A DNA stretch of 64,000 bases, taken from contig OZ244034.1 of assembly GCA_965215185.1 (NCBI GenBank), positions 736,001-800,000 on the forward strand, read 5' to 3'. The DNA comes from Acidimicrobiia bacterium (GTDB lineage Bacteria; Actinomycetota; Acidimicrobiia; Spongiisociales; ZC4RG35). Of this stretch, positions 43,037 through 54,784 are shown one piece after another. Made by a program: the position numbers and the translations under genes. The first letter of the stretch is position 1, and each line of letters begins with the position of its first letter. The notes below the pieces were generated by a model that was not told where the DNA came from, searched no databases, and was given only the letters and a program-made list of their open reading frames with translations.

Positions 43037-44151
43037 GCAGGCCATCCTGGGCGGAGGTGGACTTGGGGGCGGTGGCCCACAATGTCCGGGAGTTGGCCCG
43101 ATACGCTGCGGGGGCCCAAGTTTGCGCGGTGGTGAAAGCCAACGGCTACGGACACGGGGCGCCGGAAGTGGCCAAGACCGCTCTGGCCAACGGCGCCACA
43201 TGGCTGGCGGTAGCCACGGTGGAGGAGGGCGCCCAGTTGCGGGATGAGGGAATCGACGCGCCCGTGTTGCTGTTGTCGGAGCCCCCCGAAGCCGAGCTGG
43301 AGGAAGTGGTGAGACTCAGGATCACCCCTACCCTTTACCGGCTGCAGACCATCGACGCCCTGAGCAAGGCAGTTGGTCGTCTTGGAAGTCGGGGAGTGGA
43401 GGTCCATCTCAAGGTGGATACCGGAATGCATCGGGTGGGCGCCCCGCCCCAGGTTCTCTCTGAACTTGTGCGGCGGGTGATGGGCTCTGGTGTTCTACGG
43501 GTTGCCGGAGTATGGAGCCACTTCGCGGTCGCTGACGCCGATGCGCAGTTCACCCGCTGTCAGATCAATGACTACTGTCGGGCTGTCCAGCAGGTGACCC
43601 AGGCGCTGTCAGATGGTTCTCAACCGCCGCTGCGCCATCTGGCCAACACCCCGGGCACTCTGTTTCATCCTGAATGCCACTTTGACATGGTGCGCACCGG
43701 TCTGGGGATCTACGGCCTCCACCCCCATCCCAACTCCCACCGGCTTATCGATCTGCGCCCGGCCATGAAGGTCGTTTCCCATGTCTCCTATATTCTCCGG
43801 CACCCGGCGGGAACCCGACCCTCTTATGGACGCATTCGCCCGCTCGCGGCTTCCTCGGTGGTGGCGACCCTACCGGTGGGCTACGCCGATGGGATACCGC
43901 GCCTTATCTCCGAAGGGGGTGAGGCGCTGATCGGCGGTCGCCGCTTTCCGTTGGCCGGACGGGTGACCATGGATCAACTGGTGGTGGAGGTGGGAGAGCA
44001 TCCAGTGGCGGTGGGTGAGCAAGCGGTGTTGATCGGGGCCCAGGGATCGGAGTCCATTAGTTTTGATGACTGGGCGAACCTATCCGATACAATCAATTAC
44101 GAAGTAGTTTGTCGGGTTGGTCCCCGCTTGCCAAGGCGTTATATAACATGA
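43033..44151 (+). CDS. alr: Alanine racemase
   Basis: AVVKANGYGHG, KVDTGMHR, GYADG; GTG 43033. Confidence 0.96.
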   Translation: MSRPSWAEVDLGAVAHNVRELARYAAGAQVCAVVKANGYGHGAPEVAKTALANGATWLAVATVEEGAQLRDEGIDAPVLLLSEPPEAELEEVVRLRITPTLYRLQTIDALSKAVGRLGSRGVEVHLKVDTGMHRVGAPPQVLSELVRRVMGSGVLRVAGVWSHFAVADADAQFTRCQINDYCRAVQQVTQALSDGSQPPLRHLANTPGTLFHPECHFDMVRTGLGIYGLHPHPNSHRLIDLRPAMKVVSHVSYILRHPAGTRPSYGRIRPLAASSVVATLPVGYADGIPRLISEGGEALIGGRRFPLAGRVTMDQLVVEVGEHPVAVGEQAVLIGAQGSESISFDDWANLSDTINYEVVCRVGPRLPRRYIT

Positions 44152-45212
44152 ATCCAGCCGATTTTCCTTTAGCTCTTGCCTATGACGATGTGTTATTGGT
44201 GCCGCGCCGTTCGGCGGTGGGATCACGCCAAGAAGTGAGTCTGTCCACCAGGCTCAGTCGTCGCATTAATCTGAGCCTACCGGTGGTAGCAGCCAACATG
44301 GATACGGTCTGCGAGTGGGAGATGGCGGTGGCAATGGCGCAAATGGGTGGAGTGGGGATTATCCACCGTTTCCTCCCGGTGGAGGACCATGCCCGGCAGA
44401 TTGAGAAGGTGAAAGAGGTGGGAGCAGAGCTACTGGTTGGCGCTGCCCTGGGTGTGGGGCAGGACATGACTCTGCGCGCCAAGACCTGTGTCGCTGCCGG
44501 AGCCGATGTGCTGGTGCTGGACATCGCCCACGGGCATGCCGAGCATTCTCTTCGGGCGGTGCGGGTAATCAAGGATGAGTTTCCCGAGGTCGACCTGATC
44601 GCCGGCAATATAGCAACCGGCGAGGGAGCGGTCGATTTGGTCGAGGCCGGAGCAGACGCGGTCAAGGTGGGGGTGGGCCCGGGAGGAGTCTGCACCACCC
44701 GGGTGGTGACGGGGGTGGGCGTTCCGCAGGTCACCGCTCTTCACGATGTGATGCAATCCGGGGTGAGCGCCCCGATTATCGCTGACGGTGGCATCAGGGC
44801 AGGGGGCGACATTGCCAAAGCGTTGGCCTTGGGCGCTGATACGGTGATGTTGGGGAGCCTGTTGGCCGGAACGCGTGAGAGTCCCGGAGAGGTGGAGGAG
44901 ACATCCACGGGTCCGGTGAAGAGGGTGCGAGGGATGGCATCCCTGGAGGCTGCGGTGTTGAGGGCCGCCCGTCGGGGCGCCGAATTGGAAGACGAATATT
45001 TCGAACACCGTTCTCCGGAAGGAATAGAACGTACGGTGGCCTACCGAGGTACCGCCAGCGATGTGGTTCGTTCCCTGATGGGAGGAGTGCGAAGCGCCAT
45101 GAGCTATCTGGGCGCCAACGATCTTGAGACTTTCCGACGCAACGCCCGGTTCGTCAGAACCACGCCAGCAGGATTGGCCGAGAGCCATCCCCACGCCTTC
45201 TCGGGTCGCTAG
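44148..45212 (+). CDS. IMPDH/GMP reductase family protein without CBS domains, likely GMP reductase
   Basis: [36 protein letters not shown]. Confidence 0.8.
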   Translation: MNPADFPLALAYDDVLLVPRRSAVGSRQEVSLSTRLSRRINLSLPVVAANMDTVCEWEMAVAMAQMGGVGIIHRFLPVEDHARQIEKVKEVGAELLVGAALGVGQDMTLRAKTCVAAGADVLVLDIAHGHAEHSLRAVRVIKDEFPEVDLIAGNIATGEGAVDLVEAGADAVKVGVGPGGVCTTRVVTGVGVPQVTALHDVMQSGVSAPIIADGGIRAGGDIAKALALGADTVMLGSLLAGTRESPGEVEETSTGPVKRVRGMASLEAAVLRAARRGAELEDEYFEHRSPEGIERTVAYRGTASDVVRSLMGGVRSAMSYLGANDLETFRRNARFVRTTPAGLAESHPHAFSGR

Positions 45213-45218
45213 GGGTTT

Positions 45219-45824
45219 ATGCAGGAACTGGTGGAGTTGGGTGCCCGGGCCCGGGTATGTACAGACTGTCGATTGTCGCAGACCCGTACCCAAGTGGTGT
45301 TCGGGGTGGGGAGTCCCCGCGCCCGAGTCATGATGGTGGGAGAGGCGCCGGGCCGCAATGAAGACTTGCAAGGCGAACCGTTTGTGGGCGCAGCGGGCCA
45401 TCTGCTCAACCGACTGTTGGAGGAAGTGGGCATGAAGCGAGAAGATGTGTATATCGCCAATGTTCTCAAGTGCCGCCCCCCCGGCAATCGGGACCCACGC
45501 CCTGATGAGATAGAGGCCTGCAAAGGGTATTTGTCAGCCCAGCTTGATCTGGTGGATCCCCAGGTGGTGATGACGCTTGGCAATTTCTCCACCCAATTGC
45601 TTCTACGCACCACCACCGGCATCAGCCGAATGAGGGGCCGAACCTACAAGTGGTGGAGAGACAAGATATTGATACCCACGTTCCACCCTGCTGCCGCCCT
45701 CCGGGGAGGAGATCGGGTCACTAACCAGATTCGCGAGGATCTGGCGCTGATGCGCTCGGTTTTGGACTCTTTGACCACCGGAGAGGGTGTTTCGGCTGAA
45801 CCGGAGCAGCTAGGCCTGTTCTGA
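45219..45824 (+). CDS. Uracil-DNA glycosylase family 4 (Fe-S)
   Basis: CTDC, GEAPG, KCRPP, HPAA. Confidence 0.92.
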   Translation: MQELVELGARARVCTDCRLSQTRTQVVFGVGSPRARVMMVGEAPGRNEDLQGEPFVGAAGHLLNRLLEEVGMKREDVYIANVLKCRPPGNRDPRPDEIEACKGYLSAQLDLVDPQVVMTLGNFSTQLLLRTTTGISRMRGRTYKWWRDKILIPTFHPAAALRGGDRVTNQIREDLALMRSVLDSLTTGEGVSAEPEQLGLF

Positions 45825-46279
45825 TGAAGGTCCGGGTGGCTTGTGCCACCGCCGAAGACACCTACGCGGTTGCCACGCGGCTTGCTCCGCTGCTTTGTGC
45901 GGGAGACATCATAGCGCTGTCGGGTCCCATGGGGTGCGGCAAAACACTGTTCACAGGTGGATTGGCTGCCGCTTTGGGAGTGGATGGCCCGGTTCCCAGC
46001 CCTACCTTTGTTTTGGTTCGCCACTACGACGACGGCTTTCTGCCTTTGGTACACGTGGATGTTTACCGACTGGGGTCCTACAACGAGTTCTTGGATCTGG
46101 GGGTGCTGGACGCCGCCGCGGAGGGCGTCCTGGTGGTGGAATGGGGAGAGGCCGTCGAATCCCTTCTTCCCGAGCACCTGCTAGTGCGATTCCAAGTCGG
46201 ACCGGACGGAGAGCGGCTGCTGCATTTCAACGCGCCCCCTTCCTGGCAGTCCAGACCTTTGGAGGAAGTGGCCCTATGA
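45824..46279 (+). CDS. tsaE: t6A biosynthesis ATPase TsaE
   Basis: GPMGCGKT, SPTF, HVDVYRL, VVEWG. Confidence 0.94.
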   Translation: MKVRVACATAEDTYAVATRLAPLLCAGDIIALSGPMGCGKTLFTGGLAAALGVDGPVPSPTFVLVRHYDDGFLPLVHVDVYRLGSYNEFLDLGVLDAAAEGVLVVEWGEAVESLLPEHLLVRFQVGPDGERLLHFNAPPSWQSRPLEEVAL

Positions 46280-46986
46280 GGATCGTTGCGATCAGCACTT
46301 CCACTCCCGCCTCATCGGTGGCCTTGGTCGAGGGCCGGCGGGTGGTGGCGGCGGCGGAGAGCGTCAATGCCCGGGGACACGCTGGTTTCGTGGTGGCGGC
46401 CTTGGACTTTTGCTTCAACACCGCCCGGTGGTCTCCCGAAGACATAGAGTCGGTGGTAGTGGACGTGGGCCCTGGCCTGTACACCGGCATCAGGGTGGGG
46501 ATTTCAGTTGCCCAGGGGATCGGCGCCTCGGTGGGTGCCCAAGTGGCGCCGGCGTCCTCCCTGGATGCCCTGGCATTGCGGGCCACCACTGGGCATCGGC
46601 GAATCTTCGCAGTGGTGGACGTGCGCCGCGGGGAGGTGGCAGTGGCGGGCTACCGACCGGTACCCGGCGGTGTGATGCGGGACTATCCGGTGGAAGTGAC
46701 CAGTCCTGAACGTTTTGTGGCGATGCTCAGCATCCGACGGGAGAACATATTGTTGGTCGGAGACACTCCGGCGCTTGGAAAAGGAGCGCTTTCGGGCCTC
46801 CAGGGTGTGCGAGTGGGTCGGCCGCGCTACCCGACGGCCGAGGCGCTGGCCGAAGCAGGCCTGGGAATCCTCGAAAGGGGAGAGGCGCCCCATCCCGATG
46901 CGGTGCGTCCCCAATATCTGCGGGAACCCGACGTAAACATCAACTGGAAACGCCTGCATTCCCCGTTCCGATGGGAGGAGGACTGA
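46276..46986 (+). CDS. tsaB: t6A biosynthesis protein TsaB
   Basis: GPGLYTGIRVG, DVRRGEV, PQYLR; ATG 46276. Confidence 0.92.
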   Translation: MRIVAISTSTPASSVALVEGRRVVAAAESVNARGHAGFVVAALDFCFNTARWSPEDIESVVVDVGPGLYTGIRVGISVAQGIGASVGAQVAPASSLDALALRATTGHRRIFAVVDVRRGEVAVAGYRPVPGGVMRDYPVEVTSPERFVAMLSIRRENILLVGDTPALGKGALSGLQGVRVGRPRYPTAEALAEAGLGILERGEAPHPDAVRPQYLREPDVNINWKRLHSPFRWEED

Positions 46987-47471
46987 TGGTCCAGATTGTC
47001 CCTCTCACCGGGGATCGAGTACCCGAGGTGGCGGAGATCGAGCGGCGTGTCTATCCCACGCCTTGGAGCGAGCAGGTGTTTCGGGAAGAGCTTTCGGCCC
47101 CGCATCGACTCTATTTGGTGGCGCTGGTGGATGGGGAAGTGGTGGGATACGGGGGGATGATGCTGGTCTCCGACGAGGCGCACATCACCACGGTGGTCAC
47201 CCTTCCCGAGCGGCGCCGGGAGCGGGTGGGGACTCGGCTTATGCTGCGCCTGGCTTCCGAGGGGGTGAAACACGGAGCTCGCAGCCTCACTTTGGAGGTG
47301 CGTTCTTCGAACAAGGCGGCCCAGGCTCTCTATCGGCGGTTCGGAATGGTCCCGGTGGGGGTACGCAAGAAGTACTACGTTTCCGAGGACGCCCTGATCA
47401 TGTGGGTTCACGATCTCGATAGCTCCGAGTATCGCGAACGATTGGATCGCATTTCGGCGGGTCTCCAATGA
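46986..47471 (+). CDS. rimI: RimI-like N-acetyltransferase
   Basis: PWS, LEVRSSN, RKKYY..EDA. Confidence 0.92.
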   Translation: MVQIVPLTGDRVPEVAEIERRVYPTPWSEQVFREELSAPHRLYLVALVDGEVVGYGGMMLVSDEAHITTVVTLPERRRERVGTRLMLRLASEGVKHGARSLTLEVRSSNKAAQALYRRFGMVPVGVRKKYYVSEDALIMWVHDLDSSEYRERLDRISAGLQ

Positions 47472-48478
47472 GTGGGCTGATCCTGGCATTCGAAACCAGT
47501 TGCGACGAGACCGCGGTTGCCGTGGTGGAAGGCAACCGGGTGCTCTCCAATGTCCTTTCCTCCCAGGTGGAGTTGCACGCCCGGTTTGGGGGAGTGGTGC
47601 CGGAAGTGGCGGCCCGCTCTCATGTGGAGGCGATCAGGGGACTAACGCACCGCGCCTTGCTGTCCGCTGGAGTGCACCTCAACGATCTGGAGGCCGTAGC
47701 GGCCACCCAAGGTCCGGGGTTGGTGGGCTCCCTGTTGGTGGGTCACTGCTTCGCAAAAGCTCTGGCCTGGTCGAGGCGGCTGCCCTTTTTGGGAATTGAT
47801 CACATGGAAGGGCATCTTTTCTCCCCGCGGTTGGAATACCCCGATTACCGACCACCGGCGGTGGTGTTGTTGGCCTCGGGAGGCCACACCCAACTGGTCT
47901 ATATGCGGGACTGGGGGGACTATCAGGTGTTGGGGGAGACGATTGATGATGCTGCCGGGGAAGCGTTTGACAAACTGGCCAGGGTGATGGGGATGGGATT
48001 TCCAGGGGGTCCCGCCATTGACCGCGCTTCCGAGCACGGCGATCCGGCCGCCATCCGCTTCCCGAGAGCTCTGCCCAGGCGACGCCATCATTTTTCCTTT
48101 TCGGGTCTGAAGACCTCGGTTATTACTTTCTTGGAGAAGGCCGCTCAGCAAGGCAACCTTCCCAGCCGGGCGGATGTGGCGGCATCGGTGCAGGAGGCCA
48201 TAGTGGATGTGCTTGTCCAAAAGACCCTCAACGCGGCTGCGGACACCGGTGTGCAAGTGTTGGGGGCCGGGGGAGGGGTCTTGGCCAACCGCCGTCTGCT
48301 TGCTAAGCTCACCACAGCTGCCTCGGAACGGGGTTTGGAGGTGTATGTGCCCTCTCCCCAACTCTGCGTTGACAACGGGGCGATGATCGGAGCAGCCGGG
48401 GCTTTTCGCCTTGAGAGAGGTGAGGTCACTGCCTGGGGAGCGGGAGTCGATCCCGGTCTGCGGCTTGGATCCCTGTAG
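47468..48478 (+). CDS. tsaD: t6A transferase TsaD
   Basis: ETSCDET, HMEGH, SGGHT, DDAAGEAFDK, DNGAMI. Confidence 0.96.
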   Translation: MSGLILAFETSCDETAVAVVEGNRVLSNVLSSQVELHARFGGVVPEVAARSHVEAIRGLTHRALLSAGVHLNDLEAVAATQGPGLVGSLLVGHCFAKALAWSRRLPFLGIDHMEGHLFSPRLEYPDYRPPAVVLLASGGHTQLVYMRDWGDYQVLGETIDDAAGEAFDKLARVMGMGFPGGPAIDRASEHGDPAAIRFPRALPRRRHHFSFSGLKTSVITFLEKAAQQGNLPSRADVAASVQEAIVDVLVQKTLNAAADTGVQVLGAGGGVLANRRLLAKLTTAASERGLEVYVPSPQLCVDNGAMIGAAGAFRLERGEVTAWGAGVDPGLRLGSL

Positions 48479-48510
48479 GGGTCGCCAACCCAGGGTTTCA
48501 ACAAACCCGA

Positions 48511-48537
48511 TTAGCAGTCACGCGCCGAGAGTGCTAG
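48511..48537. promoter_or_regulatory. CIRCE element (HrcA operator) overlapping a -10 TAGAAT
   Basis: TTAGCAGTC-N9-GAGTGCTAG versus consensus TTAGCACTC-N9-GAGTGCTAA, upstream of groES. Confidence 0.88.
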
Positions 48538-48613
48538 AATTCTGATCAGCAGGAGGGTCCCTTCTCAAAGGTGATTTTTCCTCCTGTTTAGCCCTAAAAC
48601 GAAAGGAGATACT

Positions 48614-48904
48614 ATGAGGCTAGTGCCTCTTGGTGATCGTGTGGTCGTGGAACCCGAAGAGGATCAGAATATGAGAACCCCTTCTGGTTTGGTGATCCCC
48701 GATACCGCCAAGGAAAAGCCCCAAATGGGGAAAGTAATAGCAGTAGGTCCCGGTCGGCGTAACGACGAGGGAGAGCGTATGCCCGTAGATGTGAGCGAAG
48801 GCGACAAGGTCCTTTACTCCAAGTACGGCGGCACCGAGGTGAAGGTCGACGGAGTCGAGTACCTCGTGCTCTCCGCTAACGATCTGCTGGCCGTGGTCAA
48901 GTAG
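48614..48904 (+). CDS. groES: Co-chaperonin GroES
   Basis: [24 protein letters not shown]. Confidence 0.98.
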   Translation: MRLVPLGDRVVVEPEEDQNMRTPSGLVIPDTAKEKPQMGKVIAVGPGRRNDEGERMPVDVSEGDKVLYSKYGGTEVKVDGVEYLVLSANDLLAVVK

Positions 48905-50557
<1,653 letters not shown>

Positions 50558-50584
50558 TCCATCGTACGAAATCGCCTAGAAGTA

Positions 50585-50623
50585 GGAAGGGACCCCCGCT
50601 CTGGCGGGGGTCCCTTCCCCTTT
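50585..50623 (+). terminator. groEL intrinsic terminator hairpin
   Basis: 15-bp perfect stem GGAAGGGACCCCCGC/GCGGGGGTCCCTTCC with 4-nt loop, short T run after. Confidence 0.85.
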
Positions 50624-50882
50624 AGGTATCTGAAGGTAGCATGGAACGAATCCCGGGTGAGTCAACGCCGTAATAGAATTACTTTCAGTGATGGCTACAG
50701 CGCCTCACGGCCGGTAACCAGAGAATGGAAATCAAGGTTACCGAAACGGATGCAAACAGTGATAGAAACACCTATACGTTCATCTACGTTCATCTTTGAT
50801 GATGTCGGGGCAGTAGTTGATCTCATCTTCGAGGGTGGAGGTCCGATAGAGTACTGCGGGAAGGAACATTTGTTTCAGTAGC

Positions 50883-51962
50883 TTGATAATGCAATCACCA
50901 TCAAACTGCTTCCTTAATAAAGTTTCTATCAATGGGCAAAGCCCTATTCCCTTTGAGGTTTTCATGGAGTCGGCCCTTTATCATCCGGAACGGGGATATT
51001 ATCAGGGAGAGAAACTCCGCTCGGTTGAGAGTGGTGATTTCCTGACCAGCCCCGAGGTGAGTTCGCTGTTCGGGGAGACACTTGCCGAATTCGTTCGCAG
51101 GGAAGCAGCCAGGAATGTCTTGTCCCATCCGGTGGTGGTGGATGTTGGAGGGGGATCGGGATCGTTTCTTCGCCCCTTGCTTTCGATACTGGGACAGGGT
51201 GTGGAGCCTTGGGCGGTGGAGGTGTCTCCGCCTGCCCGAAGTGCTCTGGCCGAGGTGGTGGGTGCTGATCGGGTCGTGTCGGACCTTGGTGGGTTGCCTG
51301 CGAAGATCCGGGGGATCATCTTCGCCAATGAACTCCTGGACAATCTTCCCATGGCTCTTGCTCGCCGAACGGCCGGGGTTTGGAGAGAATTGTGGGTGGG
51401 GGAGAAAAATGGCGAACTGGAATGGGTGGAGGTGCCGGTTCGTCCTGAGGTGGGGGACTGGTTGCAGAGATTTGCCGGGCCCACGCCGGAAGGGGGAATA
51501 GTTGAAGTTCAGATCCGTGCTTGTCAATGGGTGAGCGATGTCTTGGAACGTCTGGAGGCCGGTGCGCTGGTGGTGTTTGACTATGGAGACACGGCTGAAG
51601 GGTTGGAGGGACGCCGCTCTGAGGGGACGCTTCGCACCTATCGGGACCATCACCTTGGCCCTCATCCGCTGGTCGAACCCGGCCAGACCGATATCACCGC
51701 CGATCTGAACTTCAGTGCGATGATGGCGGCTGCTCGGGAAGCGGGAGCGACCGTTTCACTGCACCGTCAAGACGACTTCCTAGCGGACCTCGGCCTCAGA
51801 GAGCGAGTGGAAGAACTCCGCCGACAGGAAGTCGGGTATGCTCAGGCGGGAGATGAGTTACGTCGGCTGGAAAAACGCTCGCTTCGGATGGGCGCCGAGG
51901 CGCTGTTGCATCCCCGAGGGTTGGGAGACTTCCGAGTCCTGATAGCGCGCCGGAGCGTATAA
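50883..51962 (+). CDS. SAM-dependent methyltransferase, MidA/NDUFAF7-like (start uncertain)
   Basis: FME.ALY..GYY, GDFLTSPEVS, DVGGGSG, NELLDNLP, DYG, DITA. Confidence 0.88.
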   Translation: MIMQSPSNCFLNKVSINGQSPIPFEVFMESALYHPERGYYQGEKLRSVESGDFLTSPEVSSLFGETLAEFVRREAARNVLSHPVVVDVGGGSGSFLRPLLSILGQGVEPWAVEVSPPARSALAEVVGADRVVSDLGGLPAKIRGIIFANELLDNLPMALARRTAGVWRELWVGEKNGELEWVEVPVRPEVGDWLQRFAGPTPEGGIVEVQIRACQWVSDVLERLEAGALVVFDYGDTAEGLEGRRSEGTLRTYRDHHLGPHPLVEPGQTDITADLNFSAMMAAAREAGATVSLHRQDDFLADLGLRERVEELRRQEVGYAQAGDELRRLEKRSLRMGAEALLHPRGLGDFRVLIARRSV

Positions 51963-51975
51963 ACTTCTCGCTGAC

Positions 51976-52836
51976 ATGAACAACGCAAAAACCGTGATGC
52001 TTTTGGCGTTGCTGACCACTCTTCTGTGGTGGGTGAGCATCTCTCTGGTTCCCAATGGAGGCTTCTTGTTCGGGCTGGTAATTGCGGCTGTGTTCAACCT
52101 CGGCGCCTACTTTTTCTCCGACAAATTCGCATTGATGATGAGTCGCGCCAAACCTGTTTCCGAAGAGGAACTTCCCGAGGTCTATGCCATAGTGCGCATG
52201 CTGGTTGACAGTGTCAACATGCCCATGCCCCGCATCTACTTGATGGACTCTCCCCAGCCCAATGCGTTCGCCACCGGGCGCAACCCCCGACGGGGAGTGG
52301 TGGCGGTAACCACCGGACTTCTGCAGATAATGAGCACCGGCGAATTGGAAGCGGTGTTGGCTCACGAGATCTCCCACATCCGCAACCGGGACATCCTCAT
52401 CTCCTCGGTGGCGGCGATGCTGGCGGCCGCTCTCACCATTCTGGCCCGGATGGCGTTTTGGTTCGGCGGTGGAGGCCGTAATCGGAACAATCAGTTGGGT
52501 GCGATAGTTGCCATCGTGGCCATGATTGTTGCTCCCATCGCAGCCATCCTGATCAGAATGGCCATCTCCCGCTCCCGTGAGTACCAAGCTGATCGTTCCG
52601 GGGCGGGTATTACGGGCCAGCCGTTGCTGCTGGCCTCCGCGCTGGGCAAGATCGGGATTGCCACCGAACGCATTCCCATGCGGGTTAACGACGCGGTCAG
52701 CCAGCTCTACATCGAGAATCCCATAAAGAGCAACTTCCGGCGGGGAGGAGGGGGCATTATGAAACTCTTGTCCACCCATCCGCCCATCGAAAACCGCATT
52801 CGGCTGCTCGAGGAGATGGCCGACCCGTTTTCCTGA
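51976..52836 (+). CDS. htpX: Zinc metalloprotease HtpX (M48)
   Basis: PNAFATG, HEISH, SRSREYQAD, STHPP. Confidence 0.94.
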   Translation: MNNAKTVMLLALLTTLLWWVSISLVPNGGFLFGLVIAAVFNLGAYFFSDKFALMMSRAKPVSEEELPEVYAIVRMLVDSVNMPMPRIYLMDSPQPNAFATGRNPRRGVVAVTTGLLQIMSTGELEAVLAHEISHIRNRDILISSVAAMLAAALTILARMAFWFGGGGRNRNNQLGAIVAIVAMIVAPIAAILIRMAISRSREYQADRSGAGITGQPLLLASALGKIGIATERIPMRVNDAVSQLYIENPIKSNFRRGGGGIMKLLSTHPPIENRIRLLEEMADPFS

Positions 52837-52957
52837 GCTAAGGAAAAGGTTCAACGGATCCATACTTGATCTTTTCGGGGTGCCTCCTCGGGGAATAGGA
52901 ATGCGATTCTGGAGCAAACCGCGCTAAGCTATCCCATTCGGGAAAGCGGTTAAAGAG

Positions 52958-53039
52958 GCCGGGATACCCAAGCGGCCAAAGGGAGCAGACTGTAAATCTG
53001 CCGGCGATGCCTTCGGAGGTTCAAATCCTTCTCCCGGCA
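52958..53039 (+). tRNA. tRNA-Tyr(GTA)
   Basis: GCCGGGA/TCCCGGC acceptor, GCAGA-CTGTAAA-TCTGC anticodon arm, long variable arm, GGTTCAAATC. Confidence 0.96.
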
Positions 53040-53066
53040 CCGGCTCTCCTCGAAAAAAGACGAAAA

Positions 53067-53140
53067 GCCCCCTTAGCTCAGACGGCCAGAGCGCCTCCAT
53101 GGTAAGGAGGAGGTCTCCGGTTCGAATCCGGAAGGGGGCT
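53067..53140 (+). tRNA. tRNA-Thr(GGT)
   Basis: GCCCCCT/AGGGGGC acceptor, CCTCC-ATGGTAA-GGAGG, GGTTCGAATCC. Confidence 0.96.
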
Positions 53141-53171
53141 CTCCGTCCGGCTGATGTCGAAGACGGACCGA

Positions 53172-53245
53172 GGCGGCGTAGCTCAGCTGGTAAGAGCGCT
53201 CGACTCATAATCGAGAGGTCGGCAGTTCAAGTCTGCCCGCCGCTA
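53172..53245 (+). tRNA. tRNA-Met(CAT), elongator type
   Basis: GGCGGCG/CGCCGCT acceptor, CTCGA-CTCATAA-TCGAG, GTTCAAGTC. Confidence 0.93.
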
Positions 53246-53268
53246 CATGGAAATAAGGCAATCTATTG

Positions 53269-54497
53269 AATACAGAAAAGGGGGTGTTTGGTTGTGGGTA
53301 AGGTGAGGTTTGAGCGGGTGAAGCCGCATTTGAATGTGGGGACTATGGGTCATATTGATCATGGGAAGACGACGTTGACGGCTGCGATTACGCGGGTGTT
53401 GTCTGAGCGGGTTGGTGGGAGGAATGTGTTTACTGGGTTTGATGATATTGATCGTGCTCCTGAGGAGCGTGAGCGTGGTATTACGATTCAGATTGCGCAT
53501 GTTGAGTATGAGACTGTGTTGCGTCATTATGCGCATGTGGATATGCCGGGGCATGCGGATTATATTAAGAATATGATTACGGGGGCGGCTCAGGTGGATG
53601 GGGCGGTGTTGGTGGTTTCGGCTGTGGATGGTCCGATGCCGCAGACGCGTGAGCATGTGTTGTTGGCGCGGCAGGTGGGTGTGCCGCGGATTGTGGTGTT
53701 TTTGAATAAGTGTGATTTGGTGGATGATGAGGAGTTGTTGGATTTGGTGGAGTTGGAGGTTCGGGATTTGTTGACGGAGTATGAGTTTCCGGGTGATGAT
53801 GTTCCGGTGGTGAGGGGTTCTGCTTTGCGGGCGTTGGAGGGTGATGTTGTGGCTGGTGATGGTGTGATGGAGTTGATGGGTGTGGTGGATGAGTATGTGG
53901 ATATTCCGGTTCGGGATATGGAGCGTCCGTTTTTGATGCCGATTGAGGATGTGTTTTCGATTACTGGTCGGGGGACGGTGGTGACTGGTCGTGTGGAGCA
54001 GGGGGTGTTGAAGGTTGGTTCGGCTGTTGAGGTGGTGGGGTTGCGTGAGACGCGTGGTTCGGTGGCGACTGGTGTTGAGATGTTTAGGAAGTTGTTGGAT
54101 GAGGGTCGGGCTGGTGATAATGTGGGTGTGTTGTTGCGGGGGGTGGGTAAGAGTGAGGTGGAGCGTGGTCAGGTGTTGGCTGCTCCGGGTTCGATTTTGC
54201 CGCATGTGGGGTTTGAGGCGCAGGTGTATGTGTTGACTAAGGAGGAGGGGGGGCGGCATAATCCGTTTTTTTCGGGTTATCGTCCTCAGTTTTATTTTCG
54301 TACGACTGATGTGACGGGTTCGGTGGTGTTGCCGGGTGGTGTGCAGATGGTGATGCCGGGTGATAATGTGGAGTTGTCGGTGGAGTTGATTGCTCCGATT
54401 GCGATGACGGTGGGGTTGGATTTCGCGATTCGTGAGGGTGGTCGGACTGTGGGGGCGGGTCGGGTCACCAAAATCACCAAATAACCCCCAAACCAAA
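53269..54497 (+). repeat. Copy 2 of 1,229-bp tuf direct repeat
   Basis: Same sequence as 17288-18516; unique sequence resumes on both sides. Confidence 0.95.
53294..54484 (+). CDS. tuf: Elongation factor Tu, copy 2 (tRNA-tuf-rpmG locus)
   Basis: Translation identical to copy 1. Confidence 0.97.
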   Translation: MGKVRFERVKPHLNVGTMGHIDHGKTTLTAAITRVLSERVGGRNVFTGFDDIDRAPEERERGITIQIAHVEYETVLRHYAHVDMPGHADYIKNMITGAAQVDGAVLVVSAVDGPMPQTREHVLLARQVGVPRIVVFLNKCDLVDDEELLDLVELEVRDLLTEYEFPGDDVPVVRGSALRALEGDVVAGDGVMELMGVVDEYVDIPVRDMERPFLMPIEDVFSITGRGTVVTGRVEQGVLKVGSAVEVVGLRETRGSVATGVEMFRKLLDEGRAGDNVGVLLRGVGKSEVERGQVLAAPGSILPHVGFEAQVYVLTKEEGGRHNPFFSGYRPQFYFRTTDVTGSVVLPGGVQMVMPGDNVELSVELIAPIAMTVGLDFAIREGGRTVGAGRVTKITK

Positions 54498-54556
54498 CAC
54501 AAGACTCGTTTAACGCAAAAGCCCAATAACCAAGACACAAGAAAGAAAAGACCCCG

Positions 54557-54748
54557 ATGCCAAGTGACAAGAGACCCCCTGTCAGGCTCGCCTGCGCCGA
54601 GTGCAAGAGACGCAATTACGTAACCACTCGCGGTAGGGCCAACCCCACCGACAAGGAGCAACGGCGCAACCTGGTGAGAGGGAGATTGGTACTCCGCAAG
54701 TACTGCCGGTGGTGCCGTGTCCATACCTCTCACCGCGAAACCCGATAG
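54557..54748 (+). CDS. rpmG: 50S ribosomal protein L33 (zinc type) with loop insertion
   Basis: [11 protein letters not shown]...[15 protein letters not shown]. Confidence 0.93.
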   Translation: MPSDKRPPVRLACAECKRRNYVTTRGRANPTDKEQRRNLVRGRLVLRKYCRWCRVHTSHRETR

Positions 54749-54784
54749 ACCCAAGGCAAACCGCGGCGGGGAGCGGGTAACCAA

